Below, in pieces: positions 1-11,968 of a stretch of 32,000 bases of DNA. This DNA is from Cyanobium sp. WAJ14-Wanaka (GTDB taxonomy: Bacteria; Cyanobacteriota; Cyanobacteriia; PCC-6307; Cyanobiaceae), in NCBI RefSeq assembly GCF_024345375.1, contig NZ_JAGQAZ010000001.1, forward strand, positions 870,661 through 902,660, in the 5' to 3' direction. The notes under the pieces were generated by a model. The model did not search any database and was not told where the DNA came from. It saw nothing but the letters and a program-made list of their open reading frames with translations. Both the position numbers and the translations under genes were made by a program. The number at the start of each line of letters is the position of its first letter. The first letter of the stretch is position 1.

Positions 1-2631
1 CGGCTACCGGGGGTGGGTGATGTGACCGTATCGGGCGGCAGCAACCTGGCCTTCCGCCTCTGGCTTGATCCGGCCCTCCTGGAGGAGCGGGGCCTCACGA
101 TCGGCGATGTGACGGCGGCACTGCAGCAGCAAAACCTGCTGGCGGCCCTGGGCCAGGCGGGTGATGCCCCCAGCCCCAGGGGCCAGGAAATCACCCTGCC
201 CCTGCGGATGGAGGGTCGGCTAGATAGCCCCGCAGCCTTCAACCAACTGGTGGTGGCCCGCACCCCCAATGGCGGCGTGACCCTGCTCAAGGACGTGGGC
301 CGGGTGGAGCTTGGCAACGAGGGCTACGGCACCATCGCCACCAACCTCAAGGGCCAGACCAGCGTTTCCCTGGCGGTTTACCAGCGTGATGGCAGCAATG
401 CGATCGCCGTAAGTGATGCGGTGAACCGGGCCATCGATGGGCTGGGGCCGAAATTTCCACCCGGCGTGGACCTGCAGCTCATTACCAATGAGGCCGACTA
501 CGTGCGCGGCAGCATCCAAAGCACCACCGACAGCCTGCGGGATGCGGTGGTGCTGGTGTTTGTGGTGTTGCTGCTGGGCCTGGGCAATCCCCGGCTGGCC
601 CTGATCACCGCCTCGGCCGTGCCGGTGGCCCTGATTGGGGCCTTAAGCGTGCTGAAGCTCTGCGGCCAATCCCTCAACACCCTCACCCTGTTTGGGATGG
701 TGCTGGCCACGGGCCTGGTGGTAGATGACGCCATCGTGGTGAGTGAGGACATTGGCCGCCGGCTCGAACGGGGCACCCCGCCCCTGCAGGCGGCCCGCGA
801 AGCAATGGCCGAGCTGGCCGGGGCCGTAATCGCCACATCCCTGGTGCTGATTGTGGTGTTCATTCCGGTGTTGGGGTTAGACGGCAGCCTCGGCCGGCTC
901 TACGCCCCAATTGCGATCACGGTGAGCGCCGCCATTGCTTTTTCCTCCCTCAATGCCCTGAGCTTCACGCCGGTGGCAGCCTCCAGATTGCTGCAGCCAG
1001 GCCAACGGGTACCTGCCTGGCTGGCCCGCTGGATCGATCCACCCCGCAGGGCCCTGGAATCCCTCGAAGCTCCCTATGGCCGCTGGCTGGATCGGGTGAT
1101 GGGGCAGAAGCGCCGGGTGATGGCCCTACTGCTGGCGGGCCTGCTGCTCACGGCGGTGGTGCTGCAAACCCGGCCCACCACCTTCATCCCCCAGGAAGAC
1201 AACGGCCAGCTGCGGGGGGTGGTGATCCTGGCCGATGGCCTGGGCATCCAGCAAACCCAGGCCGTGCTCAACCAGGTGCGCCAGGTGGTCACCACCGAAC
1301 CGTTGATTACCCGCGCCAATTTCAACGCCGGCAGTTCCTTTGGCGACAGCAGCCCCAACAAGGGCGTCTTATACCTACGGCTGGCCCCGATCGAAGAACG
1401 GCGCGGCCCGGATGCCTCCACCCGGGCCGTCGGGGAGCGGCTAAACGCCAAGCTGCGCCGCCAGGTCAGGGGGGCAGTGGTGCAACTGAGCGAAGCCCCC
1501 TCGGTGCGGGGCTTCAGCGCGGAAGGGGGCCTGGAGATCGAACTGCTCGACAGCAGCAACGGATTGATGAATCTGGAGGCTTTTGAAAAGCAATCGCGCA
1601 ACTTCATCAAGGCCGCCACGGCCACCGGTCAATTTGAGCGGGTCTCGACCCGTTTCAGTGCCGGAGCACCCCTGATCCAATTGGTTCCCAACCGGCTGCA
1701 GATGGCCTCCTTGGGGGTGGATCTCAGCAGCGTGATCGATGTTTTAGGGGCCAGCTTTGGCTCCAACTATGTAAACGACAGCTTCGAAGGCGGGGAGGTG
1801 CGCAAGGTGATCGTGCAGCTCGATGGCAGCTCCCGCAAGGATGCGGGGGATGTGTTGAGCCTGCGGGTAAAAAGCCGCGACGGCAAGTTGATTCCCCTTG
1901 CCGAATTGGTGAGTTTGGAGCGCGGTAGCGGCCCCACCACGATCAACCACAGCCAACTGGAGCGGGCCATCAACATTCGGGCCCTGCCCAAGCCCGGGGT
2001 GAGCACTGGCCAGGCAATGGCCATCCTGGAGCGGGTGCAAAGCGAGGTGGGCAACGGCAGCACCGAACTGGCCTGGGCCGGCCTGGCCCGGGAAGAAATG
2101 AAGGCTGCGGGCGGCAATTTGCGGGTATTTGGCCTGGCGATCCTGGTGATGCTGCTGGTGCTCGCCGCCCTTTACGACAACTTCATCGATCCGATCGTGA
2201 TCCTGATCACGGTGCCATTAGCCCTGCTTGGCGCCGGGCTGGGCTTGGCCGCCCGGGGCCTGCCCCTGGATGTCTATGGCCAGATGGGCCTACTGGTGCT
2301 GGTGAGCCTGGCCGCCAAAAATGGCATCCTTATCGTCGAATTCGCCAACCAGCGCCTCAAGGAGGGCATCCCCCTGGAGCTGGCGATTCGCCAGGCCTCC
2401 ATCGCCAGGCTGCGGCCGATCCTGCTGACGGCCTTTTCCTCCTTGGCGGGCTTTGTTCCCCTACTTTTTGCCAGTGGCTTTGGCTCCGGCAGCCGGGTGA
2501 GCATCGGCACCGTGGTCTTCTGCGGCCTACTGGTATCAACAGTGCTGAGCCTGTTTGTGGTGCCGGTGGTCTATCGGATCCTGAAGGGTTGGGAGCTCAA
2601 CTGGTTTGGCAAAGGCAACTTCATTACCTGA
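1..2631 (+). CDS. RND (AcrB/HAE1-type) efflux transporter permease, 5'-partial (continues upstream of the window)
   Basis: The 872-aa ORF is open back to base 1 in the same frame (RLPGVGDVTV...). It shows the large periplasmic loops alternating with hydrophobic TM clusters, and the conserved LVVDDAIVV and AAKNGILIVEF segments typical of AcrB-family pumps. Confidence 0.85.
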   Translation, partial: RLPGVGDVTVSGGSNLAFRLWLDPALLEERGLTIGDVTAALQQQNLLAALGQAGDAPSPRGQEITLPLRMEGRLDSPAAFNQLVVARTPNGGVTLLKDVGRVELGNEGYGTIATNLKGQTSVSLAVYQRDGSNAIAVSDAVNRAIDGLGPKFPPGVDLQLITNEADYVRGSIQSTTDSLRDAVVLVFVVLLLGLGNPRLALITASAVPVALIGALSVLKLCGQSLNTLTLFGMVLATGLVVDDAIVVSEDIGRRLERGTPPLQAAREAMAELAGAVIATSLVLIVVFIPVLGLDGSLGRLYAPIAITVSAAIAFSSLNALSFTPVAASRLLQPGQRVPAWLARWIDPPRRALESLEAPYGRWLDRVMGQKRRVMALLLAGLLLTAVVLQTRPTTFIPQEDNGQLRGVVILADGLGIQQTQAVLNQVRQVVTTEPLITRANFNAGSSFGDSSPNKGVLYLRLAPIEERRGPDASTRAVGERLNAKLRRQVRGAVVQLSEAPSVRGFSAEGGLEIELLDSSNGLMNLEAFEKQSRNFIKAATATGQFERVSTRFSAGAPLIQLVPNRLQMASLGVDLSSVIDVLGASFGSNYVNDSFEGGEVRKVIVQLDGSSRKDAGDVLSLRVKSRDGKLIPLAELVSLERGSGPTTINHSQLERAINIRALPKPGVSTGQAMAILERVQSEVGNGSTELAWAGLAREEMKAAGGNLRVFGLAILVMLLVLAALYDNFIDPIVILITVPLALLGAGLGLAARGLPLDVYGQMGLLVLVSLAAKNGILIVEFANQRLKEGIPLELAIRQASIARLRPILLTAFSSLAGFVPLLFASGFGSGSRVSIGTVVFCGLLVSTVLSLFVVPVVYRILKGWELNWFGKGNFIT

Positions 2632-2645
2632 GCATCAGCAAGCAA

Positions 2646-3560
<915 letters not shown>

Positions 3561-3705
3561 CTATAGAGATCTGCTTCCATCCAAGGCCTGCCCTGGCCCG
3601 CCGCAACACTCCTGGGTGGAAAGCGAAACATCCCAGCTACGTTGATGGTGATCTGCTCACATATGGCTAAGTGCAAATACCCAAATCGATGGCTATTGGG
3701 CTCCC

Positions 3706-5295
3706 CTAACGGCTGAAGTGCGATTTGGCCTCGTATAAGGCCTCGCTGTCGATCACCGCCAGCCCCCGCTCCCGGGCAAAGTTTTCGGTGTTACGCCGCA
3801 CCTTGCCGCGCACAAAGAAGGGAATCTTGGCCAGCTCCGCCTCGCCATCGGCACTCCAAACCAGGCCATCAATGGAAGCAGCCGGAGCAGTTTCCAAGTT
3901 TGGGGCTGGAGCCTCGCCCAGGTGGCTGCGGTGGCCCTCCACGAATTCAAAGTCGTGGCGGAACATGCCAATCAGGTGCTCCTCCAGGCCCATCATCAGC
4001 GGGTGCACCCAGGAATCGAAGATCACGTTGGCCCCCTCCCAACCCATCTGGGGGGAATAGCGGGCCGGCACATCCTGCACATGCAGGGGTGAACTGATTA
4101 CGGCGCAGGGCAGCCCCAGCCGCTTGGCGCTGTGGCGCTCCATCTGGGTGCCTAGCACCAGCTCCGGGCTGGCCTCGGCCATGGCCCGCTCCACGGCGAG
4201 GTAGTCGTCGCTAATCAGGGCCTCCAGGCCCAACTCGGCCGCCGCTGCCCGCACCTCACGGGCCTGCTCCCGGCTGTAGGTGCCCAGACCGACCACGGCA
4301 AAGCCCAGCTCCTGGCTGGCGATCCGCGCTGCGGCGATGGCATGGGTGGCGTCGCCAAAAATGAACACCCGCTTACCGGTGAGGTAAGTGGAGTCCACCG
4401 AGCGGGAATACCAGGGCAGGCGGGAGCGCCGTTCGGCCCCACATTCACCGCTGGCATCGGGTTGCAGCGCTGCCGGCAGTTCGAGCTCGAGTACGCCGTG
4501 CAGCTCCCGCAGGAAGGCCGCCGTGGCCCCAATGCCGATCGGCACGGTTTTGATCGTGGGCATGCCGAACTGGCGCTCCAGCCAGCTACAGCCCACCCCG
4601 GCCACCTCCGGGTAGAGGCAGACATTGGCGTCGGCCGTGGGGATGCGCGCCAAATCAGCTGGCCGCGCCCCCAGGGGAGCCACCACCACCACCTCAATGC
4701 CGTACTCCTCCAGCAGCCCGGTAATTTCGCGCACATCGTCGCGGCAGCGGAAGCCCAGCAGGCTGGGGCCCAGCAGGTTCACCCTGGGCCTGCGGCCCTC
4801 CTCGCGCCAGCGGCTGGGCAAGGGCTTAGCAGTGCCCGGGGCCGGCAACTGGGATTTGAGCAGGTTGCGCAGCAGTTGATAGAAGGTTTCGGCGGCGCCC
4901 CAGTTTTCCTTTTTTGAATAGGCGGGCAGGTCCAGGCTCACCACCGGAATGCCCCCCAAATCCATGCCCTGGGCCAGGGAGCCGGGCTGGTCCTGGATCA
5001 GTTCGGCAGTGCAGCTCTCACCCACCAGCAGGGCCTCGGGCTGGAAACGCTCCACCGCCTGGCTAATCGATTTCTTGACCAGCTCGGCGGTGTCGCCCCC
5101 GAGGTCCCGGGCCTGGAAGGTGGTGTAGGTGACGGGAGGGCGCCGGTCGCGCCGCTCGATCATCGTGAATAAAAGATCGGCGTAGGTGTCGCCCTGGGGG
5201 GCGTGCAACACGTAGTGCACTCCCTCCATCGAAGTGGCGATGCGCATCGCCCCCACGTGGGGGGGGCCTTCATAGGTCCAGAGGGTCAGTTCCAT
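3706..5295 (-). CDS. chlB: DPOR subunit B (ChlB)
   Basis: 529 aa starting [23 protein letters not shown]...[18 protein letters not shown], the characteristic ChlB N-terminus. It sits between chlN and chlL. Confidence 0.97.
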   Translation of the reverse strand: MELTLWTYEGPPHVGAMRIATSMEGVHYVLHAPQGDTYADLLFTMIERRDRRPPVTYTTFQARDLGGDTAELVKKSISQAVERFQPEALLVGESCTAELIQDQPGSLAQGMDLGGIPVVSLDLPAYSKKENWGAAETFYQLLRNLLKSQLPAPGTAKPLPSRWREEGRRPRVNLLGPSLLGFRCRDDVREITGLLEEYGIEVVVVAPLGARPADLARIPTADANVCLYPEVAGVGCSWLERQFGMPTIKTVPIGIGATAAFLRELHGVLELELPAALQPDASGECGAERRSRLPWYSRSVDSTYLTGKRVFIFGDATHAIAAARIASQELGFAVVGLGTYSREQAREVRAAAAELGLEALISDDYLAVERAMAEASPELVLGTQMERHSAKRLGLPCAVISSPLHVQDVPARYSPQMGWEGANVIFDSWVHPLMMGLEEHLIGMFRHDFEFVEGHRSHLGEAPAPNLETAPAASIDGLVWSADGEAELAKIPFFVRGKVRRNTENFARERGLAVIDSEALYEAKSHFSR

Positions 5296-5301
5296 GGGGG
5301 T

Positions 5302-6633
<1,332 letters not shown>

Positions 6634-6649
6634 TTAAGGTGAAACCACA

Positions 6650-6673
6650 GATCTGGATGTCCGGATCCAGATC
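6650..6673. promoter_or_regulatory. Perfect 9-bp inverted repeat (GATCTGGAT-n6-ATCCAGATC) ending 3 nt before the channel start codon
   Basis: Read directly: gatctggat gtccgg atccagatc, with the ATG at 6677. It could be an operator or a 5'-UTR hairpin occluding the ribosome-binding region. Confidence 0.3.
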
Positions 6674-6676
6674 GCC

Positions 6677-7774
6677 ATGCCTGTTGCACCCTGGCGCCGG
6701 AGCCGCCGCCCCCCCTCCCGGCGGCCCCTAAGACCCTGGCAAGCCCCCCTGGCCCTGGCGATTGTGGTGAACGCCGCAGCGCTGGGCTACCACCTCACCC
6801 AAGGCTGGGACTGGGGAGATAGCTACTGGATGGTGCTGGTCACGATCAGCACCCTGGGCTTCAGCGACCCCCACACCCAGGTGCTCAATGCCGAGGGCCG
6901 GGTCGTAACCGCCCTGCTGATCGCCGGCGGCCTGGTGGTGGTGCAACTGACCATCCAGGCGCTGCTGGGGCTATCTGAATCCGGCTACTACAGGCGCATT
7001 CGCGAGCGCCGTTTTCGCAGTTGGCTTTCCACCATGCACAACCATGTGATTCTCTGCGGCTATGGCCGCATCGGCCGGGAGATTGGCGAACAACTGGCCC
7101 GCGAGGGGGTACCCCTGCTGGTGGTGGAGATGGACCCCGAGAGACAGGCCGCCGCCGAGGAAAGGGGCCTGCCGGTGGTGATGGCTGACGCCACCCTGGA
7201 CGAAACCCTGATCGAAGCGGGCATCTACCGCTGCCGCTCCCTGGTGGCGGCCCTGCCCAGCAACGCCGCCAATCTCTACGTGGTGCTGAGCGCCCGGGGC
7301 CTGGCGCCCCAATGCCGACTAATCGCCCGCTCCGACAGCGATGAGGCCGGTCGCAAGCTGCGTCAGGCCGGAGCCGATGCGGTGGTGAGCCCCTACGTGA
7401 GTGGGGGTCGCACCATGGCGGCAACCGCCCTAAGGCCCCTGGCCGTCACCTTTATGGACCTGCTGGCGGGCTCCGACTGTGAGGTGGAGGAATTCCAACT
7501 GAGCAGCAACAGCGAAGACCTGGGCAAGCTGGCCGGCGCCAGTCTGGCGGAGGTCCAGTTGGGACGCCGCACCGGCGCCCTGGTGCTGGCGATCGTTCCC
7601 TCCCTCTCCCAGCGCGAAGGAGATGGCGACCAGGGCCTAATCGCTAACCCCAGCAGCGACGTTCGCCTGGAGGCGGGTCAAATGTTGGTGGTGATGGGCA
7701 GCAAGGAGCAACTAGAGCGGGTCGAACAACTTCTCGGCCCGGCGCTCAAGAGCGTGGATGCCATGGCCAATTAG
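6677..7774 (+). CDS. Two-TM ion channel with cytoplasmic TrkA-N/RCK and TrkA-C domains (K+ channel homologue)
   Basis: It has TM1, a pore helix and filter (YWMVLVTISTLGFSD), and TM2. A Rossmann-type RCK follows (HVILCGYGRIGREIGEQL), then a C-terminal TrkA-C-like segment. Confidence 0.85.
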   Translation: MPVAPWRRSRRPPSRRPLRPWQAPLALAIVVNAAALGYHLTQGWDWGDSYWMVLVTISTLGFSDPHTQVLNAEGRVVTALLIAGGLVVVQLTIQALLGLSESGYYRRIRERRFRSWLSTMHNHVILCGYGRIGREIGEQLAREGVPLLVVEMDPERQAAAEERGLPVVMADATLDETLIEAGIYRCRSLVAALPSNAANLYVVLSARGLAPQCRLIARSDSDEAGRKLRQAGADAVVSPYVSGGRTMAATALRPLAVTFMDLLAGSDCEVEEFQLSSNSEDLGKLAGASLAEVQLGRRTGALVLAIVPSLSQREGDGDQGLIANPSSDVRLEAGQMLVVMGSKEQLERVEQLLGPALKSVDAMAN

Positions 7775-7816
7775 GGGCTAGAAATGGGATTGAAAAATTA
7801 TTTGCCCTATAAATCG

Positions 7817-8209
7817 ATGGCCAGCAAGCTCCTGCAAGGCCTTGCCAAACGGGTGCTGCCAGCCCTGGCTGCCGCCTGTTGCCTGTGCCTGCCCCTGGCA
7901 ACAGCGGCAAATGCCCAGGTGGAAAAATCCCAATTACGGGCTGCAAACCTGGCCAGGATGGAGGCCGAGAGAATCAATGGCGGCCTGGGCAACTACTTTC
8001 CCGCCAATTGCATGTATCAGCAGGGTGGCGGCTCCTGCCTGCAAAGCCTCAGTGACAAAGGCTATTTATTTAACTTTTTAGGTGGCGCCCCCGGCTGGGA
8101 AACCAACAAGCAGGCGGCAACTTTGCAAACACAAATCCTTGTGTCGCCAGATGGCAAAAGCATCAAATCAGTGATCTACAACGGCGCCCCCCAGGGCAAC
8201 ATTCCATAG
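7817..8209 (+). CDS. Hypothetical secreted protein (signal peptide, unknown function)
   Basis: MASKLLQGLAKRVLPALAAACCLCLPLATAANA-QVEK looks like a Sec signal with an AxA site. The track ORF begins 33 nt earlier (7784). I recognise no family. Confidence 0.5.
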   Translation: MASKLLQGLAKRVLPALAAACCLCLPLATAANAQVEKSQLRAANLARMEAERINGGLGNYFPANCMYQQGGGSCLQSLSDKGYLFNFLGGAPGWETNKQAATLQTQILVSPDGKSIKSVIYNGAPQGNIP

Positions 8210-8243
8210 GGACAAGCTGGCAATGATGGTCAAGGGATAACGG

Positions 8244-8831
8244 CTAAGGCCTGGGGTGTTGGGCCCGAAAATCCCACGGCAGAGCTAATCCTTCGCCAAG
8301 ACCAGCTCCCCATACGCCGCGGCGAAATGAACGGGCGCTGAGTTCGGCTTCTCCGTAGCTTTCCTGGTCACAGTGGCTCCAATATCTCCGATAAACGAAG
8401 GCATCACCATCGCGAACCAAGGTGAGATTGACAGGCACAGGATTGCCGCTGGGGAATACCTCGGCAATCTGGCGCCCGTAGCGATCACTGCCCTGCAGCT
8501 TCAAGCCAACTGTGGAGCCAAGGGGAAGTAAACGCTGTAGGGCAAGCCGGGCAGCTGGACCGGCGGGTTTTTGGGCCATTTCAGGCGCGTCAATACAGGC
8601 CAAACGCACCCTCATCTGGCCAGCAGCAGCCACGACCGTGATCGTGTCGCCATCACCAACTGACAAAACCTTGGCCTGCAAATCAATTGGCGATCCAGCA
8701 CGACCAAGGGAAGCGCCAAGGACCATCCACAGAACCAAGAGCGCTGCCGGCTTCGGCAACCAGCCCCGATCGGCGTACACCCAATCACCTCCCCTGCCCC
8801 AGCCAGAGCGTAAAGATCCGCCATCAGCCAT
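8244..8831 (-). CDS. Staphylococcal-nuclease-like (SNase/thermonuclease) protein with N-terminal membrane anchor
   Basis: VLSVGDGDTITV...VRLACIDAPEMAQ...GSDRYGRQIAEV...LVRDGDAFVYRRY matches the SNase fold signature (GDT..., RL.GIDAPE, DRYGR). A hydrophobic N-terminal segment is present. Confidence 0.8.
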   Translation of the reverse strand: MADGGSLRSGWGRGGDWVYADRGWLPKPAALLVLWMVLGASLGRAGSPIDLQAKVLSVGDGDTITVVAAAGQMRVRLACIDAPEMAQKPAGPAARLALQRLLPLGSTVGLKLQGSDRYGRQIAEVFPSGNPVPVNLTLVRDGDAFVYRRYWSHCDQESYGEAELSARSFRRGVWGAGLGEGLALPWDFRAQHPRP

Positions 8832-8986
8832 GCACAGGTGCCAGCCAGGCGGTAAGGTGTTGGGTGATTCACAGATTTCTCTCTAGCAAGTTTCCGTTTC
8901 GAGAGTTTTTGCTTTCGCAATCAGCCAACTTTCTCTTGGGCCTTCAGCGGATCAATTCATAAGTTTTCTTGATTAGTTCCCAGTTC

Positions 8987-9367
8987 ATGACCATTTACGT
9001 CGGCAATCTTTCCTTCGACGCCGAAGCGGAAGACGTGCAACACCTCTTCAGCCAATACGGCGAAGTGAGCAAGTGCAGCCTCCCCCTCGATCGCGACACC
9101 GGCCGCAAGCGCGGTTTCGCCTTTGTGGAGATGGCTAATGAGGCTGAAGAAGCCAAGGCCATTGAAGATCTTCAAGACGTTGAGTGGATGGGTCGCGCCA
9201 TCCGCGTAAACAAAGCTGAACCCCGCGGTGGCGGTGGTGGTGGCGGCGGTCGCGGCGGCTACGGCGGCGGCGGTGGTGGTGGTGGCTACGGCGGTGGTGG
9301 CGGCGGCGGTGGTCGCGGCGGCTACGGCGGTGGCGGCGGTGGCGGCGGCGGCGGCGGCCGTTACTGA
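8987..9367 (+). CDS. RRM-type RNA-binding protein with glycine-rich C-terminal tail (cyanobacterial Rbp class)
   Basis: RNP2 is IYVGNL and RNP1 is KRGFAFVEM, followed by a 44-residue G/R/Y tail. The start is set at MTIYVGNL; the track ORF begins 18 nt upstream. Confidence 0.92.
   Translation: MTIYVGNLSFDAEAEDVQHLFSQYGEVSKCSLPLDRDTGRKRGFAFVEMANEAEEAKAIEDLQDVEWMGRAIRVNKAEPRGGGGGGGGRGGYGGGGGGGGYGGGGGGGGRGGYGGGGGGGGGGGRY
9227..9358 (+). repeat. Low-complexity GGY/GGC codon tract encoding the (G)nRGGY tail
   Basis: The run is ggtggc/ggcggc codons, with RGGYGGGGGGGG iterated three times. Confidence 0.9.
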
Positions 9368-9410
9368 GCCCCTAGCTCCTCAAGCTGCTGAGTTAATAAG
9401 CACCCAAGAG

Positions 9411-9436
9411 CCGTCCCTTCGGGGGCGGTTTTTTAT
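9411..9436 (+). terminator. Rho-independent terminator downstream of the rbp gene
   Basis: ccgtccc-ttcg-ggggcgg forms a 7-bp stem with one G:U pair, followed by tttttta. The hairpin lies just beyond the convergent desaturase stop (9433-9435); only the trailing T-tract overlaps those bases. Confidence 0.75.
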
Positions 9437-10335
9437 TGGGCGATCGCCGGATCTTGCTTCAGAGCCCTGGCCAGCAGGGCGCGATCGGAGGGAATCCGCA
9501 GCTTGGAAGCCCAGCCAAACCACTGCAACAAGCGAATAAATCGGTAGGTGGGATCGGGCAGCAGGCGCAGCTGGCCGCCGCGCAGGGTGAAGCCCTGGCG
9601 AGCCGAAGCCTGGAAGGCGTGGTGCATGTTGTGCCAACCCTCCCCAAAGGTGATTAGGGCCACCCAGCGGTTGTTGCGGCTGGCATCACCGGTGGCGAAG
9701 GGCTGGCCGCCCACCAGGTGGGCCACCGAATTAACGCTGGCCACCCCGTGAAACAGCACGGCGGTGCTCAAGCAAAAGGCCCCCAGCCAAGCCCAGCCCC
9801 CCAGCTGCCAGGAGAGGGCGGCCAGGCCCAATAGGGGCAAGGAATGGAAGCGATCAATTAGGCGCAGCACCGGATCAGCCTCCACATCCGCGGGCAATTG
9901 CTCTGGGAAAAAGCTGGGCGACAGCAACCAGCCGACCTGGGAATGCCAGAAGCCACCCCAGCCCGCCTGGGGCAAGAGGGGGCTGTGGGGGTCGGCGGCC
10001 GTATCTACATGGAGGTGATGTTGCTGGTGGTGGCCCTTCCACCAGCTCGGGCCCATCTGGCCGGCGGAGGCCGCCACCAAAGCTCCCAGCCAGGCCACCG
10101 CCTTGGGGGCCTGATAGCTGCCATGGGTAATCAGCCGGTGGTAGACGGCCGTGATCGCCAGCATGCGAATGGCATAGAGGCCGAGGGCCCAGAGGGCGGC
10201 GGCCAGGTCCAGGCCCGTGAACAGCAGGATCAGGCAACCCAGATGGCTGAGGATGATGAAGACAGGTCCGAGGGCGTAAAGCAGCATCAGGGGGAGTCCC
10301 AATCCGGGCTGGCCGTGCCGCAATTCAGGGCGCAA
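9433..10335 (-). CDS. desC: Membrane fatty-acid desaturase, stearoyl/acyl delta-9 type
   Basis: Three His boxes are present: HRLITH, HHQQHHLHVDTAADPH and GEGWHNMHHAF. N-terminal TM helices are present. An alternative start is MLLYALG at 10287. Confidence 0.85.
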   Translation of the reverse strand: MRPELRHGQPGLGLPLMLLYALGPVFIILSHLGCLILLFTGLDLAAALWALGLYAIRMLAITAVYHRLITHGSYQAPKAVAWLGALVAASAGQMGPSWWKGHHQQHHLHVDTAADPHSPLLPQAGWGGFWHSQVGWLLSPSFFPEQLPADVEADPVLRLIDRFHSLPLLGLAALSWQLGGWAWLGAFCLSTAVLFHGVASVNSVAHLVGGQPFATGDASRNNRWVALITFGEGWHNMHHAFQASARQGFTLRGGQLRLLPDPTYRFIRLLQWFGWASKLRIPSDRALLARALKQDPAIAQ

Positions 10336-10404
10336 ATCTGCTCCACTCGGCTGTAAAGGTGAAGCGCGACCCTAGTCAATGGCCCTTATTCCCCAGGAGC
10401 TGCC

Positions 10405-11958
10405 ATGGATCCGATGATCCAAAACCTGCTGCGCCCCGAGGCCTACGGCCACCCGCTGGGGCCCGATGCTCCCCGGCTGCTCGAGACCCACCTCTCCTGG
10501 GTGCTGCTGAGTGGGCCCTATGCCTACAAGCTCAAAAAGCCCGTGGCCTTTGGCTTTGTCGATTTCTCCACGGCCGAGCTGCGGGAGCAGGCCTGCCGGG
10601 AGGAGTTGCGCCTGAACCGCCGCCTTTCACCAGAGCGCTACCTGGATCTGGTGCCGGTCTATGGCCCAAAGGAGGAGGCCAGCTTTGTGGCCCCTGAAGC
10701 AGTTGCCATCGAAGCAGTTGCCTCCCCACCGGTGATCGCCTGGGCGGTGCGGATGGTGCAATTCGACCAGGCCCAATTGCTGCCGGCGGCCCTGGCCTCT
10801 GGCCTGGTTGATGCAGGGGCCATCAGCCAGCTGGCCGAGGAGCTGGCGCAGTTTCACCGGAGTGCGGCCAGCACCGAGGCCGGTAGCGCCTGGGGCCAGC
10901 CCGATCTGGTGCTGCAACCGGTGCTCGACAACCTCACGGCCCTGGCCGATTGCCCGGCGGCCCAGGCCGACCTGGCCCCGCTCCAGGCCTGGGTTGGGGT
11001 CCAGGCCGCAGCCCTGGCCCCCTGGTTTCGGCAACGCCAAGGGGAGGGGCAGATTCGTGAATGTCACGGCGATTTGCACCTGGGCAACATGTTGCTGGGG
11101 CCAGCGGGGATCGAGGTCTTCGACGCCTTGGAATTCAGCGAAAGCCTGCGCTGGATTGATCCAATCAGCGAAATGGCCTTCCTGGTGATGGATCTGGCGG
11201 TGCGGGGCCGCCCCGATTTGGGCAGCCTGCTGCTCAACCGTTGGCTGGAGGCCAGTGGCGATGGGGCCGGCCTGCGGGGCTGGGCCTGGTACAGCGTTTA
11301 TCGGGCCCTGGTGCGGGCCAAGGTGAGTTGGTTGCGGCTGAAACAAAGCGGCCTCTCGGCAGAGGAGATCAGCCAGGGGCAGGCCGACCTGGGGCAATAC
11401 CTGGCCTTGGCCAGGGCCTGGATCGGGCGCCCGGCCCAGCCCCTGCTGTTGATGCACGGGCTTTCGGGCAGCGGTAAGTCGACCGAGGCGGCTCGGCTCA
11501 GCCAAATCCTGGGGGCCGTGGTGTTTCGCTCTGATGTGGAACGCAAGCGCCTATTCGGGCTTTGGGGCCAGGCACCAATCCGCCGGCTGGAGGGGGAGCT
11601 CTACGGCCCGGAAGCCAGCCGACACCTCTACGAGATCACCCTGCCGGCCCTGGTGGAGGCTGCAAGCGCCGGCGGCCTGGCGGTGATCCTGGATGCCTGC
11701 TTCCTCAAGCAACGCGAGCGCCGGCAAATGGCGGAGCTGGCGCAGCGCCTGGGCCTGCCACTAAAGATCGTGGTTTGTGGGGCGCCGGAAGCAACCCTGC
11801 GCCAACGGCTAATTGGGCGCGCCGCGGCCGGCAGCGATCCCTCCGACGCCACGGTGGAGGTGATGCAGCAACAACGGCTCTGGCTGGAGCCCCTCACTGC
11901 CGAGGAAGGGGCATTGGTTTTCTGCGCCGAGGCGGCTGGTCCAGCACTCTCCCCCTAG
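10405..11958 (+). CDS. Fusion protein: N-terminal aminoglycoside-phosphotransferase-like kinase fold plus C-terminal P-loop (AAA_33/zeta-like) kinase domain
   Basis: The catalytic-loop motif is ECHGDLHLGNML, and the Walker A is MHGLSGSGKSTEA about 340 aa in. The N-terminus is LETHLSWVLLSGPYAYKLKKPV. Confidence 0.85.
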   Translation: MDPMIQNLLRPEAYGHPLGPDAPRLLETHLSWVLLSGPYAYKLKKPVAFGFVDFSTAELREQACREELRLNRRLSPERYLDLVPVYGPKEEASFVAPEAVAIEAVASPPVIAWAVRMVQFDQAQLLPAALASGLVDAGAISQLAEELAQFHRSAASTEAGSAWGQPDLVLQPVLDNLTALADCPAAQADLAPLQAWVGVQAAALAPWFRQRQGEGQIRECHGDLHLGNMLLGPAGIEVFDALEFSESLRWIDPISEMAFLVMDLAVRGRPDLGSLLLNRWLEASGDGAGLRGWAWYSVYRALVRAKVSWLRLKQSGLSAEEISQGQADLGQYLALARAWIGRPAQPLLLMHGLSGSGKSTEAARLSQILGAVVFRSDVERKRLFGLWGQAPIRRLEGELYGPEASRHLYEITLPALVEAASAGGLAVILDACFLKQRERRQMAELAQRLGLPLKIVVCGAPEATLRQRLIGRAAAGSDPSDATVEVMQQQRLWLEPLTAEEGALVFCAEAAGPALSP

Positions 11959-11968
11959 GCTCCAGGCC

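Noticed and set aside
10627-11505. 292-aa minus-strand ORF inside the kinase-fusion gene
   Set aside because: It is antisense to a frame with clear kinase motifs. It has a Pro/Gly/Gln-rich low-complexity translation.
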